From an uncultured archaeon (GTDB lineage: Archaea; Asgardarchaeota; Thorarchaeia; Thorarchaeales; Thorarchaeaceae), in NCBI GenBank assembly GCA_964473825.1, contig CAYYQL010000001.1:192001-256000 (forward strand): a DNA stretch of 64,000 nucleotides, read 5' to 3'. Positions 38,418-48,513 of the stretch are shown here, piece by piece; position 1 is the first letter of the stretch; every line of letters starts with the position of its first letter. The position numbers and the translations under genes are program-made. Under the pieces are notes generated by a model. That model did not search any database, was not told the DNA's origin, and worked only from the letters and a program-made list of their open reading frames with translations.

Positions 38418-39632
38418 TCACACCTCCAGATTAACGCTCTCAAGGAACGTCTGTATCCGGGTTTCGATTTTTGCCCGACCCGAGAGTTCAGGGTCTATCG
38501 GAATCCTGACAACAGGAATGTCAGCACCTTTCCCAATTCTAGCCAGAGACGGGCCTTCGAACTCATCAGGGTCACAGAAGGACTGCTCATAGACAATCAA
38601 TCCATCAGCGGATAGATTCATCAAGACCTCCTCTAGAAACCGCTTTCTCTGAGGAAGCCCTTCTTGCGTAGGCTCAACGGGGGCACTAAGAATTGACTCA
38701 GCAATTCGGAGGAATGGATCTCCTCCGCTTGCCGGAGGCGGAGTGAAGACTGTCTTGTAACCGTAGGAGAGCATATCCAATATGATGTCTGCACCCGCCA
38801 ATTCATTCAACTCATCAGTCAGATTTGCGAGGACTTGGGGTTCAATCATTCCTCCAACAACTACGATTCTCTTCACTGAGTGGTCTAGTTCAGAATTGAA
38901 ATCATGGGGAAAGCCACCAATCAGGGCCTCATGGATCGACCGAACCATTTCACTAGCGCCCATCTCAGATACCTCATTCTGGACTGCATTGGTCACATCC
39001 TCTGTCGATGCCATGGTCTCTTCAGAAGGAGCGGTGAGGAAGTCACCAATCAGAGTTGCAAGCATTGAATAACTGAGCAAGCGTGGACTGAAGACCCGTG
39101 CTGCATAGAGATATTGTAGTGCCTTCCTGTAGGCGGTGACAAGCCGAGAAGCTGCATCAAGTCGGTCGTGAAGCAGTGGAATATCAAACGACTCCTGAAG
39201 CCACTTACTCAGCTGTCGCAGTTCTTCTGCGAAGTACTCCACGGCGGCATCATTCAGTGTGGCCACAGGATATGTCAGTCTGAAGACCCGATCTTCAGGA
39301 AAACTGTGTCGCCAGACATCACCCAGATTCTGAAGGGAGTCACAGGTATTTCCGGGAAACACAATCCCATCGACAAGAAGCCTATCACCCTTACGCTGAG
39401 CAATAAGATTCCTTGTCAGAGAGCAAGCAAAGGTCTGCAGACTATCTTCGAATCCACCCCTCTGTTTGGACTCGGCTCGAATGAGTAGAGGTGTCACACC
39501 ATGCGCCAGGAAGATCTCAACAGGGATGTGCGGGTAGATGTATCCGACAACCCGATTGTCGGGTTCTATCATCTCACGGACGAGCTGTGTGGAGCTCTCT
39601 AGGAGATCTGTGCGAGTCAGTTGACACACCAT
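38418..39632 (-). CDS. 2-hydroxyacyl-CoA dehydratase subunit (HgdB/FldC/BcrC family)
   Basis: PVEIF.A.G, CS, TCD, FCDP..FE, TRIQTFLE. Confidence 0.88.
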   Translation of the reverse strand: MVCQLTRTDLLESSTQLVREMIEPDNRVVGYIYPHIPVEIFLAHGVTPLLIRAESKQRGGFEDSLQTFACSLTRNLIAQRKGDRLLVDGIVFPGNTCDSLQNLGDVWRHSFPEDRVFRLTYPVATLNDAAVEYFAEELRQLSKWLQESFDIPLLHDRLDAASRLVTAYRKALQYLYAARVFSPRLLSYSMLATLIGDFLTAPSEETMASTEDVTNAVQNEVSEMGASEMVRSIHEALIGGFPHDFNSELDHSVKRIVVVGGMIEPQVLANLTDELNELAGADIILDMLSYGYKTVFTPPPASGGDPFLRIAESILSAPVEPTQEGLPQRKRFLEEVLMNLSADGLIVYEQSFCDPDEFEGPSLARIGKGADIPVVRIPIDPELSGRAKIETRIQTFLESVNLEV

Positions 39633-39836
39633 CCTCTTGCCGGAACGGCTAGTAGAGATGTGAACGCTTGGCGTCTTATTTCTTGTGCAAGGTGTCTATG
39701 GTTTCGTATCTGATCGACTCGTGTACAAAAACTACGGTAGAAGGACATATGAGGCACGAAGTAGTATGTAGAAACCAATCTATGCGTTGATTCGCTTAGA
39801 TAATGAAACCAAGAGAAGAGAAAGCAAAACGGAGAG

Positions 39837-41594
39837 ATGAATATGGAGGAATATTTGTGGCACAAGCATAAGTGGCCGAAAGATGCCCCGAAGACGATCG
39901 ACTATCCGAAGGAACCCCTCTTTGCAATGCTAGATAGAACGGCTGAAGCAAGAGAGGAACACCCATTCACAGTATGGGAGGGTGTCTCAAAGTCATTTGG
40001 CGAGGTGCGAGATAGCGCGAATAAGATTGCAAACTTCCTGGCTAAGAGAGGAATTGGTCCAGGGGATAGAGTTGCGATCTTCTTACCGAATCTACCACAG
40101 TATCCAGCGGTGTTCTTTGGTATCCTGAAGACTGGAGCTACCTGTGTGACGTGTAATCCCATGTACAAAGCAGGTGAGTTGAACTACCAGTTGAAAGACA
40201 GCGGTGCGAGTGCAGTGTTTGTAATGGATCATCAGAATTTTACTCCCACGTGCTATGAGGCGGTGAAGGGCACAGACGTGGGTACAGTGGTTGTGTGTAG
40301 TGTCAAGAGCTTCTTGCCCAAAGTGAAGGCAATACTGGGAGGACTGCTTGGAAAGATACCCAAGAGCCCCTACTATGAAGAAGACAAGACTGTCATGTAT
40401 GATGACATTATGAGAGAATATGAGCCAACACCGCCTGATGTAGAGGTGGACCCTGAGAGTATAGCCCTCATTCTTTATACTGGTGGAACAACGGGCACGC
40501 CCAAGGGGGCATCACTCAGTCATATGAATATGGTCTCAAATGTGCATCAGGTCTACGAGTTTGTCAACCTCTCGCCTGATGACATTGACGCGCCGAGGAA
40601 GATAGTCTACGGAGGAGAGTCCTTTGTAGGAGCATTGCCATGGTACCACAGCTACGGTTTGACACTCACAATGCTGATGGCAACACAGTATGCAGGGCAA
40701 CTGATATGCATCCCCGACCCTCGAGCAGGGGACCCACCGTTATCAGCGATGCTTGAGGATATTGAGAAATACCGTGGATCAATACTGAACTGTGTGCCCG
40801 CTCTATACGCAGGTATCGTAAACCATCCTCGCGTCACAAAATATGATCTGAGTTCCATCAAGGTATGCAGTTCAGGTGCTGCTCCCTTGCCACCCGAACT
40901 GGCCAAGAACTTCGAAGAGGTGACTGGCGGTATCATCTTCGAGGGCTACGGACTCAGCGAGACTTCACCGGTCACACATGTCAATCCTACCAACAGGAGA
41001 GACCGCAAGTTTGGCTCCATCGGACTACCAGTTGCAGACACAATAGCCAAGATAGTGGATATAGAGACAGGCACACGGGAATTACCAGTTGGTGAAACAG
41101 GAGAGATTGCCATATACGGACCACAGGTCATGGCCGGTGGATACTGGCAGAAACCTGATGAGACCGCTAACGTCATGCGCGAGATAGAGGGAAAGAAGTT
41201 CTTCCTGACTGGCGACATCGGTCATATGGACGAAGAGGGATTCTTTGTGGTGAGTGACAGGAAGAAGGACATGGTCAATGTAGGCGGGCTCAAGGCGTAT
41301 CCAAGGGAGATAGAGGACTACTTCTACGAGCATCCCAAGGTTGCCATGGCGGCTGCAATTGGCGTGCCACGAGAAGATGATCCTAGCAACGAGTTTGTGA
41401 AGGCATTTGTCGTCCTGAAGGACGGCGTTGAGGCTACTCCTGAGGAGTTCATAGAATGGGCCCGGGATAAGATGGCCGGATACAAACGGCCCAAGGAGGT
41501 CGATATCGTCGATGAGCTTCCATTAAGTCAAGTGGGCAAGGTACTCCGCCGAGAACTGCGGAACCGGGAGCTGGAGAAGAGAGGTATGGCATAG
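39837..41594 (+). CDS. Long-chain fatty acid-CoA ligase (AMP-forming)
   Basis: YTGGTTGTPKG, EGYGLSETSP, TGDIG, DRKKDM, GKVLRR. Confidence 0.95.
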   Translation: MNMEEYLWHKHKWPKDAPKTIDYPKEPLFAMLDRTAEAREEHPFTVWEGVSKSFGEVRDSANKIANFLAKRGIGPGDRVAIFLPNLPQYPAVFFGILKTGATCVTCNPMYKAGELNYQLKDSGASAVFVMDHQNFTPTCYEAVKGTDVGTVVVCSVKSFLPKVKAILGGLLGKIPKSPYYEEDKTVMYDDIMREYEPTPPDVEVDPESIALILYTGGTTGTPKGASLSHMNMVSNVHQVYEFVNLSPDDIDAPRKIVYGGESFVGALPWYHSYGLTLTMLMATQYAGQLICIPDPRAGDPPLSAMLEDIEKYRGSILNCVPALYAGIVNHPRVTKYDLSSIKVCSSGAAPLPPELAKNFEEVTGGIIFEGYGLSETSPVTHVNPTNRRDRKFGSIGLPVADTIAKIVDIETGTRELPVGETGEIAIYGPQVMAGGYWQKPDETANVMREIEGKKFFLTGDIGHMDEEGFFVVSDRKKDMVNVGGLKAYPREIEDYFYEHPKVAMAAAIGVPREDDPSNEFVKAFVVLKDGVEATPEEFIEWARDKMAGYKRPKEVDIVDELPLSQVGKVLRRELRNRELEKRGMA

Positions 41595-41829
41595 TCAGCA
41601 GCATAGTATCACGATAACATGCATCTCCTGAGCAAGGCCCTTTTTCAAGAGCTGAGCTCATCTCTCCGACTGTGCCGAGCCTCGACTATTCGGGACAGAG
41701 AGTGCGTGATAGCCGACAACATAAAAGTCGAAATAGCAAGACAAAAGCGAAGACTTTTACTAGAATTTGTGTATATAATATGAGGTAGTTTGAGAGCCGC
41801 TGGCCGATATGACCAGAAACTCAAGTTGA

Positions 41830-42240
41830 GTGAACAAGATGAGCACGACTTGGTTCATAGCCAAGGAATATCTGAAGAGGCTGGACATCAACTTCGAAGA
41901 GCGAGGGCGAAAGACCTTCAGCCTCTTTCCGCATGGCCCAACAAAGACCGAGGAGATAGAGGTCTTTCCTGGCACGAAATGGATAACACTCACAACTAGG
42001 CTCTTTTGTGTGTCTGAAGTGCCTTCGAAAGACCAAGGGTCCGTGTTCGAACTGCTTTTGAAAACCAACGCGAAGCTGGTCGGTGTGAACTTCGGTTTGG
42101 ACAAGAAGGGCTACATCACAATACGTAACGCTATTCCAGTCACAGGAATCTCGTACGACGCATTTGGTGCTACGTACGAATCGCATCTCAATGGTATCGA
42201 GTTCTTCCACGAGAACCTAAGACCCAAGATAGAAACCTAG
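41830..42240 (+). CDS. YbjN / type III chaperone-fold protein
   Basis: LL..N.K..V.FGLD..G.I pattern; ~135 aa; TATA-like TATATAAT at ~41772. Confidence 0.7.
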   Translation: MNKMSTTWFIAKEYLKRLDINFEERGRKTFSLFPHGPTKTEEIEVFPGTKWITLTTRLFCVSEVPSKDQGSVFELLLKTNAKLVGVNFGLDKKGYITIRNAIPVTGISYDAFGATYESHLNGIEFFHENLRPKIET

Positions 42241-42281
42241 CTGAACTATCCATTGACTTGCTCAACAAAACAGATTCTGAG

Positions 42282-42316
42282 AAAAAAGGTATGAAGAGGG
42301 GATGTAGCCCCTCTTT
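42282..42316 (-). terminator. Hairpin + U-tract terminator of the giant surface protein gene
   Basis: Minus strand AAGAGGGG-CTACAT-CCCCTCTT-CATACC-TTTTTT immediately after the stop. Confidence 0.65.
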
Positions 42317-42322
42317 CTAGTG

Positions 42323-45300
42323 CTACTTCTTGCGTTTCGACACCAGGACTCCAAGAATCACCACGACGAGTGCGACACCGCCGAGAAGGACCATCATGTC
42401 GAGATCCAAGCCAGGTCCCGGCTCGCCAGTGGTCGTAGTAGTGGTTGTGGTCGTAGTGATAACGATACCCTGTCCTACGATGTAGGACTGAACTTCTGAT
42501 TCATAGACACCAGCCTCGGTATGCACGACGATCTTGCAGTAGACCTGCGTATCTTCAGCAAAGGGAGGTATGTCACCCGCGAATACTCCAGAAGACTCCT
42601 CCCACATGCTCACAACGGTTGGTGATTCGGTGTCAGTCCAGTAGACCAACTCCACGTCAAATACCTCGACGCTTGAGAGGACTTCTGCGTTGATTCGGAC
42701 TGTGTCTTCACCTGTTGGTGCGGTGGGTGAAATGCTGAAGGTGCCGAACTGCACAGGTTCACCAGGACCACCAAGGGTGCCTCTGTTGGACACGTAGCTC
42801 ACGAATACAGGGTCTTGGAACACACTATATCCACCCCACTCAGGGAACCCAATGGTGACATAGAACATACTTGAGCTGAATGACCAAGTCGTCGCCGACT
42901 TGCCGCTTGAAGACTCAAAGGCTGCTCGGAAAGTTCCAACGGGTGTGGTGTAGCTAACGACATCATAGGGAGCAGTGGTGTTCTTGCCCCAATCGTACGT
43001 CACACCACCCATTATCATCTCCGCGAAACGGGCACCAGCAGTCTCAAACTCGAAACGATCCGAGCTGATTGTTGACTCGCTGTCAGTCATGGTTCCATTC
43101 GCCTTGAAAGCGAAATCAGACATGCGCACATCTGCAAAGTAGTTCAGGGCGAGAGATTTGTTCTCAATATTGCTTCTTCCGCCGAGTCTGTGCACTTGCC
43201 AGTTACCAACATAGTTGTCTACCTTGATCTCAGCATAGTTGTTCATCGTAGTGCCGTTCACATAGCCTTGGAAGTGCACAAGGAACGACAGCTCGTCCAC
43301 AGTTACCTTGGTCGGTCGCTCGTCGAATGTCGTCATGTCGCTTCCCGTCATCATACCATCATACCAGCCCCAGTAACCTCCGAGAGTGAACGGAAAGACA
43401 GTCCCATTGATTCCGGAGAAGGCTACACCCCATGTGACCTCGTCGGTGATACCTAGGTGCATGAAGTCAGACGAATTAGAGTTGCCGTAGGCCTGGCCGG
43501 GGGTGACAAAACTCACTCCATCCACAGAGTCAGGAATCAAGTAGTGAGATAACTCACCCGTTCCCGGATTCGTCAGGTCTACGTCCATCATGTCGTTCTC
43601 GTTCTTGTCTTCCCAGACCATCAGGCCACTGTACTCGTAATGCATTCCGATGTCCAGCCAGTGCTCTACATCATCCTGCATCACAGTAGTGCCGTAGTTC
43701 TGTCCGACACCGAATGAGAGCCACGTCCAGCTCTGCTCGTTGGAGGTGATCCAGTCCCAACCTTGTTCCTCTGCTTCTGCAACGATATCTGCCCATGTGA
43801 CATTCTTGGCCATCCAAGCTATGTCCCAATAGCCAGGCTTGGGATCATCATACTCGGTCAGAAGTGTGTCTCTGACGCTTTGCATGTCTTCCTCGCCCAG
43901 AGATGAGAAGTCTGAGGCATGATACCAATAGAATGTCTGGTTCCATTCATGGCTCCAGGTGAACGTATCAAGGCCCATCCAAGATTCGATGTGCATCTCG
44001 TCACCAAAGAGTGTACCATTGGGGTTCCAGTCAATCCAGACATTCATCCAGTCCCACTCGTGTGTCCAGCTATCAGTGGAGGAGTACTCTTCACGTATGA
44101 AGAACTGGTCATCAGTCGTAGACAGGTCACCGTCGAGGTCGAGGGCACCATTGTCTTGGTTGACAGTCCATCTCTGGACGCCCCACATGCCCCACTTCGG
44201 CACACCGATTACAGCATCGTAGAAGTTCTTGTACACGGTGGATTTGATAGGGGTGGGCCCATAGACAATCTTGTGTCCCCACCTGAGACGCATCTTGTTG
44301 ATGCTCTCATAACTAGCATTGACTACCTTCAATTCACCATCGTACGTGAACTCGTAGTATGGATGGTATTGTCCCCACCGCATGTCCACATAGACATCGC
44401 CACTCATTGTTGCATTGAAGAGCTTGTAGGCACGGAACCTCGTTCCCCAATAGGTGGCGTTGTACTGTTGACCCATGAACTCATAGTAGTCATATCCATC
44501 ATAATAGATCTCAACTCTGTAGGAGGCGATTCTGGGGAGCTCCACGTAGTCATCTACCATGATGATGGTTCCATTGATTAGCTCGTACTCGTGCCAGGAT
44601 TCGTTACCCGATGAGTACCAATACGGCCACTCCTGCATCGAATAGACAGATTGGCCGTAATAGTCGTACTCGAAGACACAGGTCACGTATGTTTCATTGA
44701 CAATCCAGGTGGTCCCATTTGTCAGAGGCAGGTATTCAAAGTCATCATAGCCATCGTAGTGAGCATTGCCATCCCAGCTATCATGGTACGCAAACTTCTC
44801 AATCTCACTGAATGCTAGATTATTGTCATAGGTGCCTATGGAGGCTGTATAGCCAGCCTGATTGGGATCCCAGATACTGGTTCCGTTCGCCGCTGTATGA
44901 GCCCTTGTCGTTATATGAACAGTATACACAGTCCCAGCAATCTTCACCGTCCCGTGAGTCTCATTCAACTCATTGACCGTGTAAGCATTGCCGTTGTAGA
45001 GCAAGGATTTGGCTGTCGGAACGCTACCGCCACCAGACTCCTTAGTGTTGAGGTCCCAGCTACCGTAAGCATTTGCGCCGGGATACGGCATCTCATGTTT
45101 CTTAGCACCATCATCATAGTGCCATGAACGTCGAACGTTCCATGTGGCAAGTATGACGTCACTGCCTTCATACTGTCCCTCGTAATAATACTCAGGCCAA
45201 CTGACATGGTGCCAAGCACCGTCGAGATAGGCCATATATCTGTAGTCTGCGGGGTCATAGACCAGTTCGTAGAGGTTTCCATCCAAGTCAGTCATGTAGT

Positions 45301-48187
45301 AGGTGCTGTCTTTGCTCTCCCACCACCACTCTGAGATGTTCAAGATTCCATTGAGTCCGTACCTGACGTACTTGCGTTCAGTCCTGAACTCAAGATCAAC
45401 CTTGTCGTAGAAACTGGAGTTATCTAGATTCCATTTCTCGTATTCAGAACCGCCCTGATGGATTTGACCATTGATGTCCATCCACCAAGCATAGCTGGTC
45501 CCACCATGGTCCCACCAACGCTCGTACTCCATTGCTGTGATGAATGTATCTCCTGTGGAGGTGGTCACATTATAGAGGTTGATTGCTTCGGTATATGTCA
45601 CAAGAATCTCAGTTGTGTTCTTGAGTATGTACTTGTAGTAGTCTTTCCCTGTTGCGGGATCCCAGTGATCATAGAAGAACATCTCCTCCCAAGTATATCC
45701 GCTCCAGGGGTCGTAGTTCTCAATGACCTTAATTGGTTCCTTCACCCCATCAATGATGATGTAGGGAGATTCGGTACCAAGCTGGGTCTCACCTGTCGGA
45801 ATGCCGTCCACGAACTCGAATGCAAGTTGAGCATGATCAACAGGCTCAACATAGACTTTCTGATCATCATGCATGAAGCTATAGACCCATTCACGGTTCC
45901 AAGTCATGATTTCGTGCTGACCGTATTCGCTGGAATAGTCCGTATACCAGGTGTTATTCAAGAATGCGAAGTCCCACCAGTAGTTGGTGTCGGGAACACT
46001 CTGACTCATATTGACAAGGAATGTCACGAAGAGGTCTCCCTCCGATGTCCATTTGGTGTAGTTGGAGGTCATACAGAAGATATCGTCGACTCTTGTTTCT
46101 GCGCTACGGCGGTTGACCCAATTCTTCTGCCATTTGCCTTCCTTCTGGTTGTAGTACCACCACTGCCAGTGCCAGTCCTCAACCTCCATCCAATCCCATT
46201 CCCAGTATTCTCCGTATTGCCACTCCCACATGTTTGTGTCTTCATCGTAGACGTAGTGCCAACCTGTCATATTGGTATACACCCAGTCCCAGTATGTGCC
46301 GTAGGTATAGTTGTACTTCTGGGTATGGTTGAACGCCCTGTGAGTAGCAATCCCCGATGAGTCAAACTGGATGACATAGATGAGCTCTGACCATCGAGAC
46401 TCGTCTTCGCTCCAGTGGCCGTCATAGGCATTAAGTTCAAACATGACTCCGTCGATATCAGAAGCAACATCGCTGCCGCCCTGAAGACGTCCACGGACCA
46501 TGAAGTTCTCACCTTTGTCTACGTGGAACATCCATCCATTTGGTTCGCTGCCATCTTCCAGAAGAAGCTTAGCGATTGTCACGGGAATCTCGATTGCAAT
46601 CTGCTTGGCCATCTCGTATTCGGTCTGCGTCTGACGTGGATTATCACCCCAAACTGCGGGGGAATACCACATATTCTCTGCGCCCATCACGGTATCTCTG
46701 AAACGGAAATCGCTATACTGATTGCTCGTCGGCATCTTCTCTGTGAAGTGACCCACGAAGTCAACAACAAAGTCCTTCCCTAGTGGCCGTGCAACACATT
46801 CGCTTGCATTCAGCTCATATAAGATGGGCAGTTCAGGAGGAATTGGTTCAAAGACCATTATCTCTTCATTCCAGTCCTCGTAGTTAAGCTCGTCGTGAGG
46901 CCAGCCCCAGTAGGTGTAACCAAATTTCGTTTCGAAACCAGTTGACACATTATAGATGAAGTACAGCTGTTTCTGAACCCATTGGGTTTCGTTCTCAAGC
47001 CATCGATCCCAGGTATCGGTCGTTTCATTCCATTGCTCACGCATGACTGTCACGTTGACCTCCATGTAGTTACCGAGATCGCTCCATCGTCGCTCCTGAT
47101 ATGGCCCGTAGACCTCTTCGAAATAGGTCACCTCCTTGCTGGCGTTCCACTCATAGGTGTCCTGGTCCGCGTTGTATTCCCAAGCACCTGTGGTCGTTCT
47201 CTCAGCGGTGTGCCATCCTGTGACATTCACCAGTTTATCGATGCCACCGGGCATGATGAAAGTCAAGATTATGTATTCGAAAACATCGTCGCTCACGTTG
47301 AAACGCATGATGAAGTCCTCTTCGCGACTGATCGAATAGAGAACATCACCTGCCATGTCGATCTTCTGAAGTGTGTAGCTTCCCCCATAGCTGAAGCTCC
47401 ATGCTTCATCTGGTGGGATTCCTACAGCAATTCCCTGGAACTCCCACCCGGAGCCGAAGTTGTAGGACCCAATCCAGTTGTAGTCTGTGTCTTGGACCTC
47501 CATGTGGAGTTCGTAGAGACCCAACGGAGCGTGTTCATTGTACTTTACAGCGAAGCTCACATAATGATGTGTTGAATCGCTGTGGTTGGAACACTCCTCC
47601 ACTACCAGGTCCATGAACCCAGGTAACGGCGTTCCGCCCTCATCAGACTCGTTCCACTGGCTACTCCAGCCGTACCACGGTTCAGAGGCGTATGGTCCGG
47701 CATCGAAACCGAAGTTGAAGTTCGCCGAGAAGTTCCAGTCAGAGGACAGATACCAGCCGTTGAACGAAACTCTGCCGAGTGACGCTCCGCCAGTAAAGAT
47801 GCTCTTGGGAACGGTTACTTCGAAGATGATTGTTTCATCAATTTCAGCGTAGCTATCAGCTGTCAGAAGTGATCCATTCTCGTGATATATCTTGAAACTC
47901 GGGCTAGGCCCAAATAGCCAATTAGTATGTTCCCAGGTCCACTCATCACTAGTGCTGTTCGAATTCTGATCCCAGCCTACAAAAGTCCCATTATCTGGAT
48001 AATCCTGGGATACTTCATGGGGAAGATGTGACCATGGATCTTCGCTCGAAGCAGATGGTCGTGATGTGGCAATGGTTGCCAGAGGACTGCGCACAGCAGC
48101 CGACGTACCTGCATAGACCATGGAAATCATGAAAACAATAACAGCCACTAGAGAAAGAGCTTGCTTTTTCGTACTCCGTGATTGCAT
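42323..48187 (-). CDS. Giant (1954 aa) cell-surface glycoprotein, S-layer-like, type I membrane anchored
   Basis: Signal peptide; very Trp/Tyr/Asp/Glu-rich; many N-x-S/T sequons; DLDGD motif; 10-Thr linker (42428-42457), C-terminal TM and SKRKK. Confidence 0.85.
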   Translation of the reverse strand: MQSRSTKKQALSLVAVIVFMISMVYAGTSAAVRSPLATIATSRPSASSEDPWSHLPHEVSQDYPDNGTFVGWDQNSNSTSDEWTWEHTNWLFGPSPSFKIYHENGSLLTADSYAEIDETIIFEVTVPKSIFTGGASLGRVSFNGWYLSSDWNFSANFNFGFDAGPYASEPWYGWSSQWNESDEGGTPLPGFMDLVVEECSNHSDSTHHYVSFAVKYNEHAPLGLYELHMEVQDTDYNWIGSYNFGSGWEFQGIAVGIPPDEAWSFSYGGSYTLQKIDMAGDVLYSISREEDFIMRFNVSDDVFEYIILTFIMPGGIDKLVNVTGWHTAERTTTGAWEYNADQDTYEWNASKEVTYFEEVYGPYQERRWSDLGNYMEVNVTVMREQWNETTDTWDRWLENETQWVQKQLYFIYNVSTGFETKFGYTYWGWPHDELNYEDWNEEIMVFEPIPPELPILYELNASECVARPLGKDFVVDFVGHFTEKMPTSNQYSDFRFRDTVMGAENMWYSPAVWGDNPRQTQTEYEMAKQIAIEIPVTIAKLLLEDGSEPNGWMFHVDKGENFMVRGRLQGGSDVASDIDGVMFELNAYDGHWSEDESRWSELIYVIQFDSSGIATHRAFNHTQKYNYTYGTYWDWVYTNMTGWHYVYDEDTNMWEWQYGEYWEWDWMEVEDWHWQWWYYNQKEGKWQKNWVNRRSAETRVDDIFCMTSNYTKWTSEGDLFVTFLVNMSQSVPDTNYWWDFAFLNNTWYTDYSSEYGQHEIMTWNREWVYSFMHDDQKVYVEPVDHAQLAFEFVDGIPTGETQLGTESPYIIIDGVKEPIKVIENYDPWSGYTWEEMFFYDHWDPATGKDYYKYILKNTTEILVTYTEAINLYNVTTSTGDTFITAMEYERWWDHGGTSYAWWMDINGQIHQGGSEYEKWNLDNSSFYDKVDLEFRTERKYVRYGLNGILNISEWWWESKDSTYYMTDLDGNLYELVYDPADYRYMAYLDGAWHHVSWPEYYYEGQYEGSDVILATWNVRRSWHYDDGAKKHEMPYPGANAYGSWDLNTKESGGGSVPTAKSLLYNGNAYTVNELNETHGTVKIAGTVYTVHITTRAHTAANGTSIWDPNQAGYTASIGTYDNNLAFSEIEKFAYHDSWDGNAHYDGYDDFEYLPLTNGTTWIVNETYVTCVFEYDYYGQSVYSMQEWPYWYSSGNESWHEYELINGTIIMVDDYVELPRIASYRVEIYYDGYDYYEFMGQQYNATYWGTRFRAYKLFNATMSGDVYVDMRWGQYHPYYEFTYDGELKVVNASYESINKMRLRWGHKIVYGPTPIKSTVYKNFYDAVIGVPKWGMWGVQRWTVNQDNGALDLDGDLSTTDDQFFIREEYSSTDSWTHEWDWMNVWIDWNPNGTLFGDEMHIESWMGLDTFTWSHEWNQTFYWYHASDFSSLGEEDMQSVRDTLLTEYDDPKPGYWDIAWMAKNVTWADIVAEAEEQGWDWITSNEQSWTWLSFGVGQNYGTTVMQDDVEHWLDIGMHYEYSGLMVWEDKNENDMMDVDLTNPGTGELSHYLIPDSVDGVSFVTPGQAYGNSNSSDFMHLGITDEVTWGVAFSGINGTVFPFTLGGYWGWYDGMMTGSDMTTFDERPTKVTVDELSFLVHFQGYVNGTTMNNYAEIKVDNYVGNWQVHRLGGRSNIENKSLALNYFADVRMSDFAFKANGTMTDSESTISSDRFEFETAGARFAEMIMGGVTYDWGKNTTAPYDVVSYTTPVGTFRAAFESSSGKSATTWSFSSSMFYVTIGFPEWGGYSVFQDPVFVSYVSNRGTLGGPGEPVQFGTFSISPTAPTGEDTVRINAEVLSSVEVFDVELVYWTDTESPTVVSMWEESSGVFAGDIPPFAEDTQVYCKIVVHTEAGVYESEVQSYIVGQGIVITTTTTTTTTTGEPGPGLDLDMMVLLGGVALVVVILGVLVSKRKK

Positions 48188-48445
48188 GACTCTCGATTCT
48201 CCTAGCGCGTTCTAGTTCCCTTGCTTCAAGTCAAAGTCAGTTCAATGGTGGCTTTGAACTTATAGAGTAACTAGCAACAGCGCGCCTGATTATCTTACAG
48301 GAAAAATAGAAGCTATGAGATAATATAAGCAAAACTCCGACATACTACGGCATCTCGTGCTTCTCTAATTATCTCCTTGCTTCCGAACTGTCACAGTCTA
48401 ACCTCCAAGTCGAACGGCCGTCCAGTAACAGGCTGAGGACGACAT

Positions 48446-48506
48446 GCCTACTATCAGAAACCAGAGAAACCCTCCAACAACAAGAGTTGGAGGGATCAGA
48501 GTAGGC
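48446..48506 (-). terminator. Two-tier stem-loop just downstream of the SpoIIM-fusion gene
   Basis: Perfect 9-bp CCCTCCAAC/GTTGGAGGG stem nested in a 7-bp GCCTACT/AGTAGGC stem; pyrimidine-rich 3' flank on the minus strand. Confidence 0.5.
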
Positions 48507-48513
48507 TAGTATT

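Noticed and set aside
42428-42457. Short tandem trinucleotide-like repeat
   Set aside because: It simply encodes the Thr10 linker with mixed codons; not a CRISPR or contingency repeat.
43190-47852. Long antisense ORFs (up to 300 aa) opposite the giant gene, and similar shadows opposite mutS, mutL and others
   Set aside because: Shadow ORFs caused by codon bias of the sense gene; no motifs and unnatural composition.
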